Notes under the pieces: generated by a model
What the model was told of the DNA's origin: nothing
Databases searched by the model: none
Seen by the model: only the letters and a program-made list of their open reading frames with translations
Assembly: GCF_009914755.1 (NCBI RefSeq)
Contig: NC_060940.1
Length of the DNA: 64,000 nt
Direction: 5' to 3' (one strand)
Source: the human T2T-CHM13v2.0 reference genome, Homo sapiens
Translations under genes and position numbers: made by a program
Shown here: piece by piece, positions 27,301 through 42,606 of the stretch
Numbering within the stretch: the stretch's first letter is position 1
Layout of the letters: the number at the start of each line of letters is the position of its first letter

Positions 27301-30300
27301 CTCCATTCTATTCCATTTGATGATGATTACATTCGATTCCATTTGATGATTCCATCTGATTCTATTCGAGGATTCCATTTGATTCCATTCGATGATGATT
27401 CCATTCGAGTCCATTCGATGATTTCATTCAAGTACATCCAATGACTCCATTCGAGTCCATTAGATGATTCCATTTGATTCCATTTGAAAATGATTCTACT
27501 AGCGTCCATTCAATGACTCCATTCGATTCCATTCAACAATTCCATTCGACTCCATTCGATGATTCCATTCGATTCCATTTGATGGTTCCATTCGAGTCCA
27601 TTTAATCATTACAGTCGAGTCCATTTGGTGATTCCACTGGATTTCTTTTGATAATGATACCATTCAATTACATTTGATGATGATCCCATTCAATTTCATT
27701 TGATGATGATTCCATTAGAGTCCATTCGATGATTTCATTCGAGTCCCTTCATTGATTCCATCCGATTTCATTGGATGATGACTCCATTCGAGCCCATTCG
27801 ATGATTCCACTCGATTCCATTAGATGATTCCATTGGAGTCCATTTGATTGTTCCATTCGATTCCATTCGATTCCTTTCGAAGATTATTCCATTTGAGTCC
27901 ATTCGATGATGATTCCATTCCATTCCATTCGATGATTCCGTTTGATTCCATTCGATGATTCCCTTTGATTCCTTTCTGTGATGATTCCATTCCATTCCAT
28001 TCAATGATTCCATTCGAATCTATTCCATGATGATTCCTTTCGATTCCATTCGCTGATGTTTCCGTTCAATTCCATTCGATGATGATTCCATTCGATCCCA
28101 TTCATTGAGGATTCCATTTGATTCCATTCAATGATGATTCCATTCTATTCCATTCAATGATTGCATTCAATTCCATTCAATGATTATCCCCTTAGAGTAA
28201 ACTCAACGATTCCATTCAATACCATTCGATGATGATTCCTTTTGAGTCCATTCAATGATTTCATTCAAGTCCATTTGATGATTCCTTTCAATTCCATTCT
28301 ATGATGATTCCATTCGAGTCCATTCGATGATTCCATTCGATTGCATTCGATGATTCCATTATATTCCATTCAACGGTGATTCCATTCGAGTCCATTCGAT
28401 GATTCCATTAGAGTACATTTAATGATTGCTTTGTTTTCAATTCGAAGATGATTACATTGGATTCCATTCTATGATACCATTCGATTCCATTCAATGATGA
28501 TTCCACTCAAATCCATTGGATGATTCCATTCGTGTCCATTCGGTGATTTCATTACATTCCATTCGAGGATGATTCCATTCGATTCCATTCGATGATTCCA
28601 TTCAATTCCATTCGATGATGATTCCATTCCAGTCCATATGATCATTCCATTTGATTTGATTTGATGATGATTCCATTCGATTCCTTTCGACGATTCCATT
28701 CTATTCCATTCGATGATGATTCCATTCGAGTCCATTCGATGATTCCATTCGAGTCCATTTAATGATTCCATTGGGTTCAATTCAATGATGATTACATTGG
28801 ATTCCGTTCTATGATTCCATTCAATTCCGTTCATTGACAATTTGATTCCATTCGATGATGATTCCATTTGAGTTCATTCGATGATTCTATTCGATTCTCT
28901 TCGATGGTGATTCAATTCTATTATATTGGATGATTCCATTCGATTCCATTTGATGTTGATTCAATTCGATTCTATTCGATGATGATTCCATTGGATTTCA
29001 CTTGATGATTCTATTCGATTCCATTCAATGATGATTCACTTCTCGTCCATTGGATGATTCCATTTCATTCCATTCGATGATGATTCCATTCGATTCCATT
29101 CGATGATTCCATTTGATTCCATGCGACGGTGAGCAATTCGATTCAATTCCATGATGATTCTATTTGATTCAATTAGATGATGTTTCCATTCGAATCCATT
29201 CCATGATTATTCCATTGGAATCCATTCGGCGATGATTCCATATGAGTCAATTCAATGATGATTCCATATGGGTCCGTTCGATGATAATTCCATTTGATTT
29301 CATTCGATGCTTCTATTCTATTCCAGTCGATGATGATTCCGTTGGAGTCCATACGATGATTCCATTTGATTTCATTTGATGATGATTCCATTCGATGATG
29401 ATTACATTGGATTCCATTCTATGATTCCATTCAATTCCATTCGTTGATGATTCGATTCCATTCAATGATGATTCCATTTGAGTTCATTCGATGATTCTAT
29501 TCGATTCCGTTCGATGGTGATTCAATTCTATTATATTGGATGATTCCACTCGATTCCATTTGATGATTATTCCATTGGAGTCCACTTAGTGAATCCTTTA
29601 GATTCTACTCGACGATGATTCCATTCGAGTCCATTCGATGATACCATTCAATTCCATTCGTTGATGCTTCCATTCAAGTGCATTCGATGATATCATTCGA
29701 TTCCATTTGATGATAATTCCATTTGATTCCATGCGATGATTCTATTCGATTCCATTCAATGATAATTCCATTCAATTCAGTGATTCCTCTGGACTCCATT
29801 TGATGATGATTCCATTCAATGATTCCATTCGATTCTATTCGAAAATGATTCCATTTGAATCCATTCGATGATGATTCCATTAGATTCCATTTGATGATTC
29901 CATTCGATTCCATTCGACGATGATTCCATTCGATTCCGTTTGATGATTCCATTCTATTCTATTCGATGATGATTCCATTCGATTCCATTCGATGATGATT
30001 GGATTCGATTCCATTGGATGATTTCATTTGATTCCATTCGTTAATGATTTCGATCAATTCCATTCGATGATTCCATTCGATTCCATTCGATAATGATTAC
30101 ATCCGAGTCCATTCTATGATTCCATTGGAGCCTGTTCGATAATTCCATTTGAGTCCAACCAATGATTCCATTCATTTCCATTCAATGATTCCATTCGAGT
30201 CCATTTGATCATTCCGGTAGGGTCCATTCGATGTTGATTCCATTGGAGTGCATTCGATGATTCCATTCGAGTCCATTTTAGGATTTGATTCGAGTCCTTT

Positions 30301-30435
30301 CGATGATTCCATTCGATTCCACTCGATGATTTCATTCGAGTCCATTCGACACTTCCAATCGATTCCATTTGATGATTCCATTCGAGTCCAATTGATGATT
30401 CCATTCAATTCCATTCGATGATGATTCCGTACGAT
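24328..30435 (+). repeat. HSat2 monomer 5 (6108 bp)
   Basis: Landmark recurs at 30436. Length = 6112 -1 (~26326) -3 (GAT loss ~30328). Confidence 0.93.
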
Positions 30436-33400
30436 TCCATTCTGTGATGATTCCATGTGATTGCATTCAATGATGTTTCCTTTCGATTGCATTCGATTAT
30501 GATTCATTTCGTGTTCATTCTATGGTTCTACAGGTTTCCATTCGTGTCCATTCCATTATTCCATTCTATTCCATTTGATGATGATTCCATTCGATTCCAT
30601 TCATTGGTGATTCCACTCAATTCCATTCAATGATTCCATTCCATTTCTTTCAACAATGATTCCATTAGTTTCTAATCGATGATCCACTTGATTCCATTTG
30701 ACGACGATTCCATTCTTGTCCATTCGATGATTCCATTTGATTCCATATGATGATGATTCCATTCGATTCCATACCATGATGATTCCATTCGAGTCCATTC
30801 AATGGTGATTCCATTCAATTCCATTCGATGATTCCTTTTGATTCCATTCGATGATGATGGCATTCGATTCCTTTCAATCATTCCCTTTGATTCCATTCAA
30901 AGGTGATTTCATTCAAGTCCATTCGATAATTGAATTCGATTCCATTCTATGATGATTCCATTCGAGTCCATTTGATGATTCCATTCAATTCAAGTCAATG
31001 ATGATTCCATTCGATTCCATTTGATGATTCCATGGGATTCCATTCGATGATGATTCCATTCAAATCCATTCGATAATTCAATTCAAGTCCATTCGATGAT
31101 GATTCCAATCGAATCCATTCAAAGATTCCATTCAGTTCCATTCGATGATTCCCTTAGATTCCATTCGATGATTCCACTTGATTGCATTTACGATGATTCC
31201 ATTCGATTCCATGTGATGATTCCATTCAATTCTATTCAATGATGTCTCCATTTGATTCCATTCGACCATGATTGCCTTTGATTCCATTCAATGATTCCAT
31301 TCGGTTCCGTTTGATGATGATTCCGTTCGATTCCATTTGATGATTCCATTGGATTCCATTGGATGAGTCCATTCGATTACATTCGATGATTATTCCATTC
31401 GAGTGCATTAGATGATTCCATTCGAGTCCATTCGATGATTCCATTCGATTCCATTCGATGTTGATTCTGTTCAAATCCATTCGATGATTCCACTCGATTC
31501 CATTCGTTGACTCCATTTGATCCCATTCGATGATTTCCTTTGATTCCCTTTGATGATCATTCCATTTGATTCAATTCGGTGATTTCATTTGATTCCATTC
31601 AGTGATGTTTCCATTCGACTCCATTCGATGATGATTCCATTCGACTCCATTCGATTATGATTTCATTCAATTCCATTCGATAATGATTCCCTTCGAGTCC
31701 ATTCGATGATTCCATTCGATTCCATTCAACGATGATTTGATTCGTGTCCATTCGATGATTCCATTTGATTCCACTTGATGATGATTCCATTCGAGTCCAT
31801 TTGATGATTCCATTCAATTCCATACTCCGATGATTTCTTTTGAGCCCACTCAATGCTTCCACTCGATTCCATATGATGATGACTCCATTCGATGAAATTC
31901 GATGATGATTCCATTCGCTTGCTTTCGATGATGATTCCACTTGAGTCCGTTAGAAGATTCTATTCAATTACATTCCATGACGATTCCGTTCGAGTATATT
32001 TGATGATTCCATTAGACTCCATTCGACGATGATTCCATTCGATGTTATTCGATGATTCCATTCGATCTCATTCGATGATGATTCCATTCAACTCCATTCG
32101 ATGTTTCCATTCGAGTTCATTCTATTATTCCATTAGATTCCATTCGATGATGATTCCATTCGATTCCATTTGATGATTGCATTCTATTTCATTTGATGAT
32201 GATTCCATTCGAGTCCACTCGATGATTCCATTCGAGTCCATTTAATGAATACATTGGTTTCAATTCTATGATGATTACATTGGATTCCATTCGTTGATGA
32301 ATTCATTCGGCTCCATTCAATGATGATTCCATTCAATTCCTTTCAATGTTTCCATTCAATTCCATACGATGATGATTCCATTTGATTTGATTCGACAGTG
32401 AGCCATTCGATTCAATTCCATGATGATTCTATTTGATTCAATTGGTTGACATTTCCATTCGATTCCATTCGATGATGATTCCCTTTGATTCCGTTCAAAG
32501 ATGATTCCATTCTAGCCCATTCAATCATTCCATTCGATTCTATTCAATGATGATTCCATTCATGTCGATTTGGTGATTCCATTTGACTTCATTTGATGAT
32601 GATTCCTTTCAAGTTCATTAGATGATTCCATTCGATTCCATTTGATGATGATCCCATTCGAGTCCATTCAGTGATTCCATTCGTTTCCATTCCATGATGA
32701 TTCCATTCCTTTCCATTCAATGATTCCATTCGATTCCGTTTGATGATGATTTCATTCGAGTCCATTTGATGATTCCATTTGATTCCATTCGATGATGATT
32801 CCATTCGAGTCCATTCGATGATTCTATTCGAATCCATTTGATGATTTCTTTTGATTATATTTGGTGATGATTCCATTGGAGTCCATTCAATGATTCCATT
32901 CTATTCCAATCGATGATGATTCCATTAGAGTCCATTTAATGATTCCATTTGATTCCAGTCTCTGATGATTACATTCGAGTCCATACGATGATTCCACTCA
33001 ATTCCATATGATGATGATTCCATTTGATTCCATTCGGTGATTCCATTCTATTCTATTCAATGGTGATTCCATTCGAGTACATTAGATGATTCCATTCGAT
33101 TCCATTCAATGATGATTCTATTTGTGTCCCTTAGATGATTCCACATGATTCCATTAGATGATGATACTATTTGAGCCCATCCAATGATTCCCTTCGATTC
33201 CATTCGATGAGGATTCCATTCGATTCAATTCATTGGTGATTCTATTCAATTCAATTCTTTGATTCCATTCCATTCCATTCGACAATGATTCCATTCGATT
33301 TCTTTCGATGATTCCACTCGATTCCACTTGACATTGATTCCATTCGATTCCATTCAATGATTCCATTTGATTCCAGTGGATGATGATTGCCATCGATTCC

Positions 33401-36400
33401 ATTCGATCACTCCATTCTATTCCATTTGATGATGATTACATTCGATTCCATTTGATGATTCCATCTGATTCTATTCGAGGATTCCATTTGATTCCATTCG
33501 CTGATGATTCCATTCGAGTCCATTCGATGATTTCATTCAAGTACATCCAATGATTCCATTCGAGTCCATTAGATGATTCCATTTGATTCCATTTGAAAAT
33601 GATTCTACTAGAGTCCATTCAATGACTCCATTCGATTCCATTCAACAATTCCATTCGACTCCATTCGATGATTCCATTCGATTCCATTTGATGGTTCCAT
33701 TCGAGTCCATTTAATCATTACAGTCGAGTCCATTTGGTGATTCCACTGGATTTCTTTTGATAATGATACCATTCCATTACATTTGATGATGATCCCATTC
33801 AATTTCATTTGATGATGATTCCATTAGAGTCCATTCGATGATTTCATTCGAGTCCCTTCATTGATTCCATCCGATTTCATTGGATGATGACTCCATTCGA
33901 GTCCATTCGATGATTCCACTCGATTCCATTAGATGACTCCATTGGAGTCCATTTGATTGTTCCATTCGATTCCATTCGATTCCTTTCGAAGATTATTCCA
34001 TTTGAGTCCATTCGATGATGATTCCATTCCATTCCATTCGATGATTCCGTTTGATTCCATTCGATGATTCCCTTCGATTCCTTTCTTTGATGATTCCATT
34101 CCATTCCATTCAATGATTCCATTCGAATCTATTCCATGATGATTCCTTTCGATTCCATTCGCTGATGTTTCCGTTCAATTCCATTCGATGATGATTCCAT
34201 TCGATTCCATTCATTGAGGATTCCATTTGATTCCATTCAATGATGATTCCATTGTATTCCATTCAATGATTGCATTCAATTCCATTCAATGATTATCCCA
34301 TTAAAGTAAACTCAACGATTCCATTCAATACCATTCGATGATGATTCCTTTTGAGTCCATTCAATGATTTCATTCAAGTCCATTTGATGATTCCTTTCAA
34401 TTCCATTCTATGATGATTCCATTCGAGTCCATTCGATGATTCCATTCGATTGCATTCGATGATTCCATTATATTCAATTCAACGGTGATTCCATTCGAGT
34501 CCATTCCATGATTCCATTAGAGTACATTTAATGATTGCTTTGTTTTCAATTCGAAGATGATTACATTCGATTCCATTCTATGATACCATTCGATTCCATT
34601 CAATGATGACTCCACTCAAATCCATTGGATGATTCCATTCGTGTCCATTCGGTGATTTCATTAGATTCCATTCGAGGATGATTCCATTCGATTCCATTCG
34701 ATGATTCCATTCAATTCCATTCGATGATGATTCCATTCGAGTCCATATGATCATTCCATTTGATTTCATTCGATGATGATTCCATTCGATTCCATTCGAC
34801 GATTCCATTCTATTCCATTCGATGATGATTCCATTCGAGTCCATTCGATGATTCCATTCGAGTCCATTTAATGATTCCATTGGGTTCAATTCAATGATGA
34901 TTACATTGGATTCCGTTCTATGATTCCATTCAATTCCGTTCATTGACAATTTGATTCCATTCGATGATGATTCCATTTGAGTTCATTCGATGATTCTATT
35001 CGATTCTCTTCGATGGTGATTCAATTCTATTATATTGGATGATTCCATTCGATTCCATTTGATGTTGATTCAATTCGATTCTATTCGATGATGATTCCAT
35101 TGGATTTCACTTGATGATTCTATTCGATTCCATTCAATGATGATTCACTTCTCGTCCATTGGATGATTCCATTTCATTCCATTCGATGATGATTCCATTC
35201 GATTCCATTCGATGATTCCATTTGATTCCATGCGACGGTGAGCAATTCGATTCAATTCCATGATGATTCTATTTGATTCAATTAGATGATGTTTCCATTC
35301 GAATCCATTCCATGATTATTCCATTGGAATCCATTCGGCGATGATTCCATATGAGTCAATTCAATGATGATTCCATATGGGTCCGTTCGATGATAATTCC
35401 ATTTGATTTCATTCGATGCTTCTATTCAATTCCAGTCGATGATGATTCCGTTGGAGTCCATACGATGATTCCATTTGATTTCATTTCATGATGATTCCAT
35501 TCGATGACGATTACATTGGATTCCATTCTATGATTCCATTCAATTCCATTCGTTGATGATACGATTCCATTCAATGATGATTCCATTTGAGTTCATTCGG
35601 TGATTCTATTCGATTCCATTCTATGGTGATTCAATTCTCTTATATTGGATGATTCGACTCGATTCCATTTGATGATTATTCCATTGGAGTCCACTTAGTG
35701 AATCCTTTAGATTCTACTCGAAGATGATTCCATTCGAGTCCATTCGATGATACCATTCAATTCCATTCGTTGATGCTTCCATTCAAGTGCATTCGATGAT
35801 ATCATTCGATTCCATTTGATGATAATTCCATTTGATTCCATGCGATGATTCTATTCGATTCCATTCAATGATAATTCCATTCAATTCAGTGATTCCTCTG
35901 GACTCCATTTGATGATGATTCCATTCAATGATTCCATTCGATTCTATTCGAAAATGATTACATTTGAATCCATTTGATGACGATTCCATTCCATTCCATT
36001 TGATGATTCCATACTATTCTATTCGATGATGATTCCATTCGATTCCATTCGATGATGATTGGATTCGATTCCATTTGATGATTTCATTTGATTCCATTCG
36101 TTAATGATTTCGATCAATTCCATTCGATGATTCCATTCGATTCCATTCGATAATGATTACATCCGAGTCCATTCGATGATTCCATTTGAGCCTGTTCCAT
36201 AATTCCATTTGAGTCCAACCAATGATTCCATTCATTTCCATTCAATGATTCCATTCGAGTCCATTTGATCATTCCGGTAGGGTCCATTCGATGTTGATTC
36301 CATTGGAGTGCATTCGATGATTCCATTCGAGTCCATTTTAGGATTTGATTCGAGTCCTTTCGATGATTCCATTCGATTCCACTCGATGATGATTTCATTC

Positions 36401-36498
36401 GAGTCCATTCGACACTTCCAATCGATTCCATTTGATGATTCCATTCGAGTCCTATTGATGATTCCATTCAATTCCATTCGATGATGATTCCGTACGAT
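30436..36498 (+). repeat. HSat2 monomer 6 (6063 bp; contains the dimer-duplication junction)
   Basis: Landmark recurs at 36499. Length = 6112 -49 (~35980). Confidence 0.93.
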
Positions 36499-39400
36499 TC
36501 CATTCTGTGATGATTCCATGTGATTGCATTCAATGATGATTCCTTTCGATTGCATTCGATTATGATTCATTTCGTCTTCATTCTATGGTTCCACAGGTTT
36601 CCATTCGTGTCCATTCCATTATTCCATTCTATTCCATTTGATGATGATTCCATTCGATTCCATTCATTGGTGATTCCACTCAATTCCATTCAATGATTCC
36701 ATTCCATTTCTTTCAACAATGATTCCATTAGTTTCTAATCGATGATCCACTTGATTCCATTTGACGACGATTCCATTCTTGTCCATTCGATGATTCCATT
36801 TGATTCCATATGATGATGATTCCATTCGATTCCATACCATGATGATTCCATTCGAGTCCATTCAATGGTGATTCCATTCAATTCCATTCGATGATTCCTT
36901 TCGATTCCATTCGATGATGATGGCATTCGATTCCTTTCAATCATTCCCTTTGATTCCATTCAAAGGTGATTTCATTCAAGTCCATTCGATAATTGCATTC
37001 GATTCCATTCTATGATGATTCCATTCGAGTCCATTTGATGATTCCATTCAATTCAAGTCAATGATGATTCCATTCGATTCCATTCGATGATTCCATTGGA
37101 TTCCATTCGATGATGATTCCATTCAAATCCATTCGATAATTCAATTCAAGTCCATTCGATGATGATTCCAATCGAATCCATTCAAAGATTCCATTCAGTT
37201 CCATTCGATGATTCCCTTGGATTCCATTCGATGATTCCACTTGATTGCATTTACGATGATTCCATTCGATTCCATGTGATGATTCCATTCAATTCTATTC
37301 AATGATGTCTCCATTTGATTCCATTCGACCATGATTGCCTTTGATTCCATTCAATGATTCCATTCGGTTCCGTTTGATGATGATTCCGTTCGATTCCATT
37401 TGATGATTCCATTTGATTCCATTGGATGAGTCCATTCGATTACATTCGATGATTATTCCATTCGAGTGCATTAGATGATTCCATTCGAGTCCATTCGATG
37501 ATTCCATTCGATTCCATTCGATGTTGATTCTGTTCAAATCCATTCGATGATTCCACTCGATTCCATTCGTTGACTCCATTTGATCCCATTCGATGATTTC
37601 CTTTGATTCCCTTTGATGATCATTCCATTTGATTCAATTCGGTGATTTCATTTGATTCCATTCAGTGATGTTTCCATTCGACTCCATTCGATGATGATTC
37701 CATTCGACTCCATTCGATTATGATTTCATTCAATTCCATTCGATAATGATTCCCTTCGAGTCCATTCGATGATTCCATTCGATTCCATTCAACGATGATT
37801 TGATTCGTGTCCATTCGATGATTCCATTTGATTCCACTTGATGATGATTCCATTCGAGTCCATTTGATGATTCCATTCAATTCCATACTCCGATGATTTC
37901 TTTTGAGCCCACTCAATGCTTCCACTCGATTCCATATGATGATGACTCCATTCGATGAAATTCGATGATGATTCCATTCGCTTGCTTTCGATGATGATTC
38001 CACTTGAGTCCGTTAGAAGATTCTATTCAATTACATTCCAGGACGATTCCGTTCGAGTCCGTTTGATGATTCCATTAGACTCCATTCGACGATGATTCCA
38101 TTCGATGTTATTCCATGATTCCATTCGATCTCATTCGATGATGATTCCATTCAACTCCATTCGATGTTTCCATTCGAGTTCATTCTATTATTCCATTAGA
38201 TTCCATTCGATGATGATTCCATTCGATTCCATTTGATGATTGCATTCTATTTCATTTGATGATGATTCCATTCGAGTCCACTCGATGATTCCATTCGAGT
38301 CCATTTAATGAATCCATTGGTTTCAATTCTATGATGATTACATTGGATTCCATTCGTTGATGATTTCATTCAGTTCCATTCAATGATGATTCCATTCAAT
38401 TCCTTTCAATGTTTCCATTCAATTCCATACGATGATGATTCCATTTGATTTGATTCGACAGTGAGCCATTCGATTCAATTTCATGATGATTCTATTTATT
38501 CAATTGGTTGACATTTCCATTCGATTCCATTCGATGATGATTCCCTTTGATTCCATTCAAAGATGATTCCATTCTAGCCCATTCAATCATTCCATTCGAT
38601 TCTATTCAATGATGATTCCATTCATGTCGATTTGGTGATTCCATTTGACTTCATTTGATGATGATTCCTTTCAAGTTCATTAGATGATTCCATTCGATTC
38701 CATTTGATGATGATCCCATTCGAGTCCATTCAGTGATTCCATTCGTTTCCATTCCATGATGATTCCATTCCTTTCCATTCAATGATTCCATTCGATTCCG
38801 TTTGATGATGATTTCATTCGAGTCCATTTGATGATTCCATTTGATTCCATTCGATGATGATTCCATTCGAGTCCATTCGATGATTCTATTCGAATCCATT
38901 TGATGATTTCTTTTGATTATATTTGGTGATGATTCCATTGGAGTCCATTCAATGATTCCATTCTATTCCAATCGATGATGATTCCATTAGAGTCCATTTA
39001 ATGATTCCATTTGATTCCAGTCTCTGATGATTACATTCGAGTCCATACGATGATTCCACTCAATTCCATATGATGATGATTCCATTTGATTCCATTCGGT
39101 GATTCCATTCTATTCTATTCAATGGTGATTCCATTCGAGTACATTAGATGATTCCATTCGATTCCATTCAATGATGATTCTATTTGTGTCCCTTAGATGA
39201 TTCCACATGATTCCATTAGATGATGATACTATTTGAGCCCATCCAATGATTCCCTTCGATTCCATTCGATGAGGATTCCATTCGATTCAATTCATTGGTG
39301 ATTCTATTCAATTCAATTCTTTGATTCCATTCCATTCCATTAGACAATGATTCCATTCGATTTCTTTCGATGATTCCACTCGATTCCACTTGACATTGAT

Positions 39401-42400
39401 TCCATTCGATTCCATTCAATGATTCCATTTGATTCCAGTGGATGATGATTGCCATCGATTCCATTCGATCACTCCATTCTATTCCATTTGATGATGATTA
39501 CATTCGATTCCATTTGATGATTCCATCTGATTCTATTCGAGGATTCCATTTGATTCCATTCGATGATGATTCCATTCGAGTCCATTCGATGATTTCATTC
39601 AAGTACATCCAATGACTCCATTCGAGTCCATTAGATGATTCCATTTGATTCCATTTGAAAATGATTCTACTAGCGTCCATTCAATGACTCCATTCGATTC
39701 CATTCAACAATTCCATTCGACTCCATTCGATGATTCCATTCGATTCCATTTGATGGTTCCATTCGAGTCCATTTAATCATTACAGTCGAGTCCATTTGGT
39801 GATTCCACTGGATTTCTTTTGATAATGATACCATTCAATTACATTTGATGATGATCCCATTCAATTTCATTTGATGATGATTCCATTAGAGTCCATTCGA
39901 TGATTTCATTCGAGTCCCTTCATTGATTCCATCCGATTTCATTGGATGATGACTCCATTCGAGCCCATTCGATGATTCCACTCGATTCCATTAGATGATT
40001 CCATTGGAGTCCATTTGATTGTTCCATTCGATTCCATTCGATTCCTTTCGAAGATTATTCCATTTGAGTCCATTCGATGATGATTCCATTCCATTCCATT
40101 CGATGATTCCGTTTGATTCCATTCGATGATTCCCTTTGATTCCTTTCTGTGATGATTCCATTCCATTCCATTCAATGATTCCATTCGAATCTATTCCATG
40201 ATGATTCCTTTCGATTCCATTCGCTGATGTTTCCGTTCAATTCCATTCGATGATGATTCCATTCGATCCCATTCATTGAGGATTCCATTTGATTCCATTC
40301 AATGATGATTCCATTCTATTCCATTCAATGATTGCATTCAATTCCATTCAATGATTATCCCCTTAGAGTAAACTCAACGATTCCATTCAATACCATTCGA
40401 TGATGATTCCTTTTGAGTCCATTCAATGATTTCATTCAAGTCCATTTGATGATTCCTTTCAATTCCATTCTATGATGATTCCATTCGAGTCCATTCGATG
40501 ATTCCATTCGATTGCATTCGATGATTCCATTATATTCCATTCAACGGTGATTCCATTCGAGTCCATTCGATGATTCCATTAGAGTACATTTAATGATTGC
40601 TTTGTTTTCAATTCGAAGATGATTACATTGGATTCCATTCTATGATACCATTCGATTCCATTCAATGATGATTCCACTCAAATCCATTGGATGATTCCAT
40701 TCGTGTCCATTCGGTGATTTCATTACATTCCATTCGAGGATGATTCCATTCGATTCCATTCGATGATTCCATTCAATTCCATTCGATGATGATTCCATTC
40801 CAGTCCATATGATCATTCCATTTGATTTGATTTGATGATGATTCCATTCGATTCCTTTCGACGATTCCATTCTATTCCATTCGATGATGATTCCATTCGA
40901 GTCCATTCGATGATTCCATTCGAGTCCATTTAATGATTCCATTGGGTTCAATTCAATGATGATTACATTGGATTCCGTTCTATGATTCCATTCAATTCCG
41001 TTCATTGACAATTTGATTCCATTCGATGATGATTCCATTTGAGTTCATTCGATGATTCTATTCGATTCTCTTCGATGGTGATTCAATTCTATTATATTGG
41101 ATGATTCCATTCGATTCCATTTGATGTTGATTCAATTCGATTCTATTCGATGATGATTCCATTGGATTTCACTTGATGATTCTATTCGATTCCATTCAAT
41201 GATGATTCACTTCTCGTCCATTGGATGATTCCATTTCATTCCATTCGATGATGATTCCATTCGATTCCATTCGATGATTCCATTTGATTCCATGCGACGG
41301 TGAGCAATTCGATTCAATTCCATGATGATTCTATTTGATTCAATTAGATGATGTTTCCATTCGAATCCATTCCATGATTATTCCATTGGAATCCATTCGG
41401 CGATGATTCCATATGAGTCAATTCAATGATGATTCCATATGGGTCCGTTCGATGATAATTCCATTTGATTTCATTCGATGCTTCTATTCTATTCCAGTCG
41501 ATGATGATTCCGTTGGAGTCCATACGATGATTCCATTTGATTTCATTTGATGATGATTCCATTCGATGATGATTACATTGGATTCCATTCTATGATTCCA
41601 TTCAATTCCATTCGTTGATGATTCGATTCCATTCAATGATGATTCCATTTGAGTTCATTCGATGATTCTATTCGATTCCGTTCGATGGTGATTCAATTCT
41701 ATTATATTGGATGATTCCACTCGATTCCATTTGATGATTATTCCATTGGAGTCCACTTAGTGAATCCTTTAGATTCTACTCGACGATGATTCCATTCGAG
41801 TCCATTCGATGATACCATTCAATTCCATTCGTTGATGCTTCCATTCAAGTGCATTCGATGATATCATTCGATTCCATTTGATGATAATTCCATTTGATTC
41901 CATGCGATGATTCTATTCGATTCCATTCAATGATAATTCCATTCAATTCAGTGATTCCTCTGGACTCCATTTGATGATGATTCCATTCAATGATTCCATT
42001 CGATTCTATTCGAAAATGATTCCATTTGAATCCATTTGATGATGATTCCATTAGATTCCATTTGATGATTCCATTCGATTCCATTCGACGATGATTCCAT
42101 TCGATTCCGTTTGATGATTCCATTCTATTCTATTCGATGATGATTCCATTCGATTCCATTCGATGATGATTGGATTCGATTCCATTGGATGATTTCATTT
42201 GATTCCATTCGTTAATGATTTCGATCAATTCCATTCGATGATTCCATTCGATTCCATTCGATAATGATTACATCCGAGTCCATTCTATGATTCCATTGGA
42301 GCCTGTTCGATAATTCCATTTGAGTCCAACCAATGATTCCATTCATTTCCATTCAATGATTCCATTCGAGTCCATTTGATCATTCCGGTAGGGTCCATTC

Positions 42401-42606
42401 GATGTTGATTCCATTGGAGTGCATTCGATGATTCCATTCGAGTCCATTTTAGGATTTGATTCGAGTCCTTTCGATGATTCCATTCGATTCCACTCGATGA
42501 TTTCATTCGAGTCCATTCGACACTTCCAATCGATTCCATTTGATGATTCCATTCGAGTCCAATTGATGATTCCATTCAATTCCATTCGATGATGATTCCG
42601 TACGAT
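36499..42606 (+). repeat. HSat2 monomer 7 (6108 bp; near-identical to monomer 5)
   Basis: Landmark recurs at 42607. Has the same -1 and -3 indels and the same private variants as monomer 5 at offset 12171. Confidence 0.93.
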
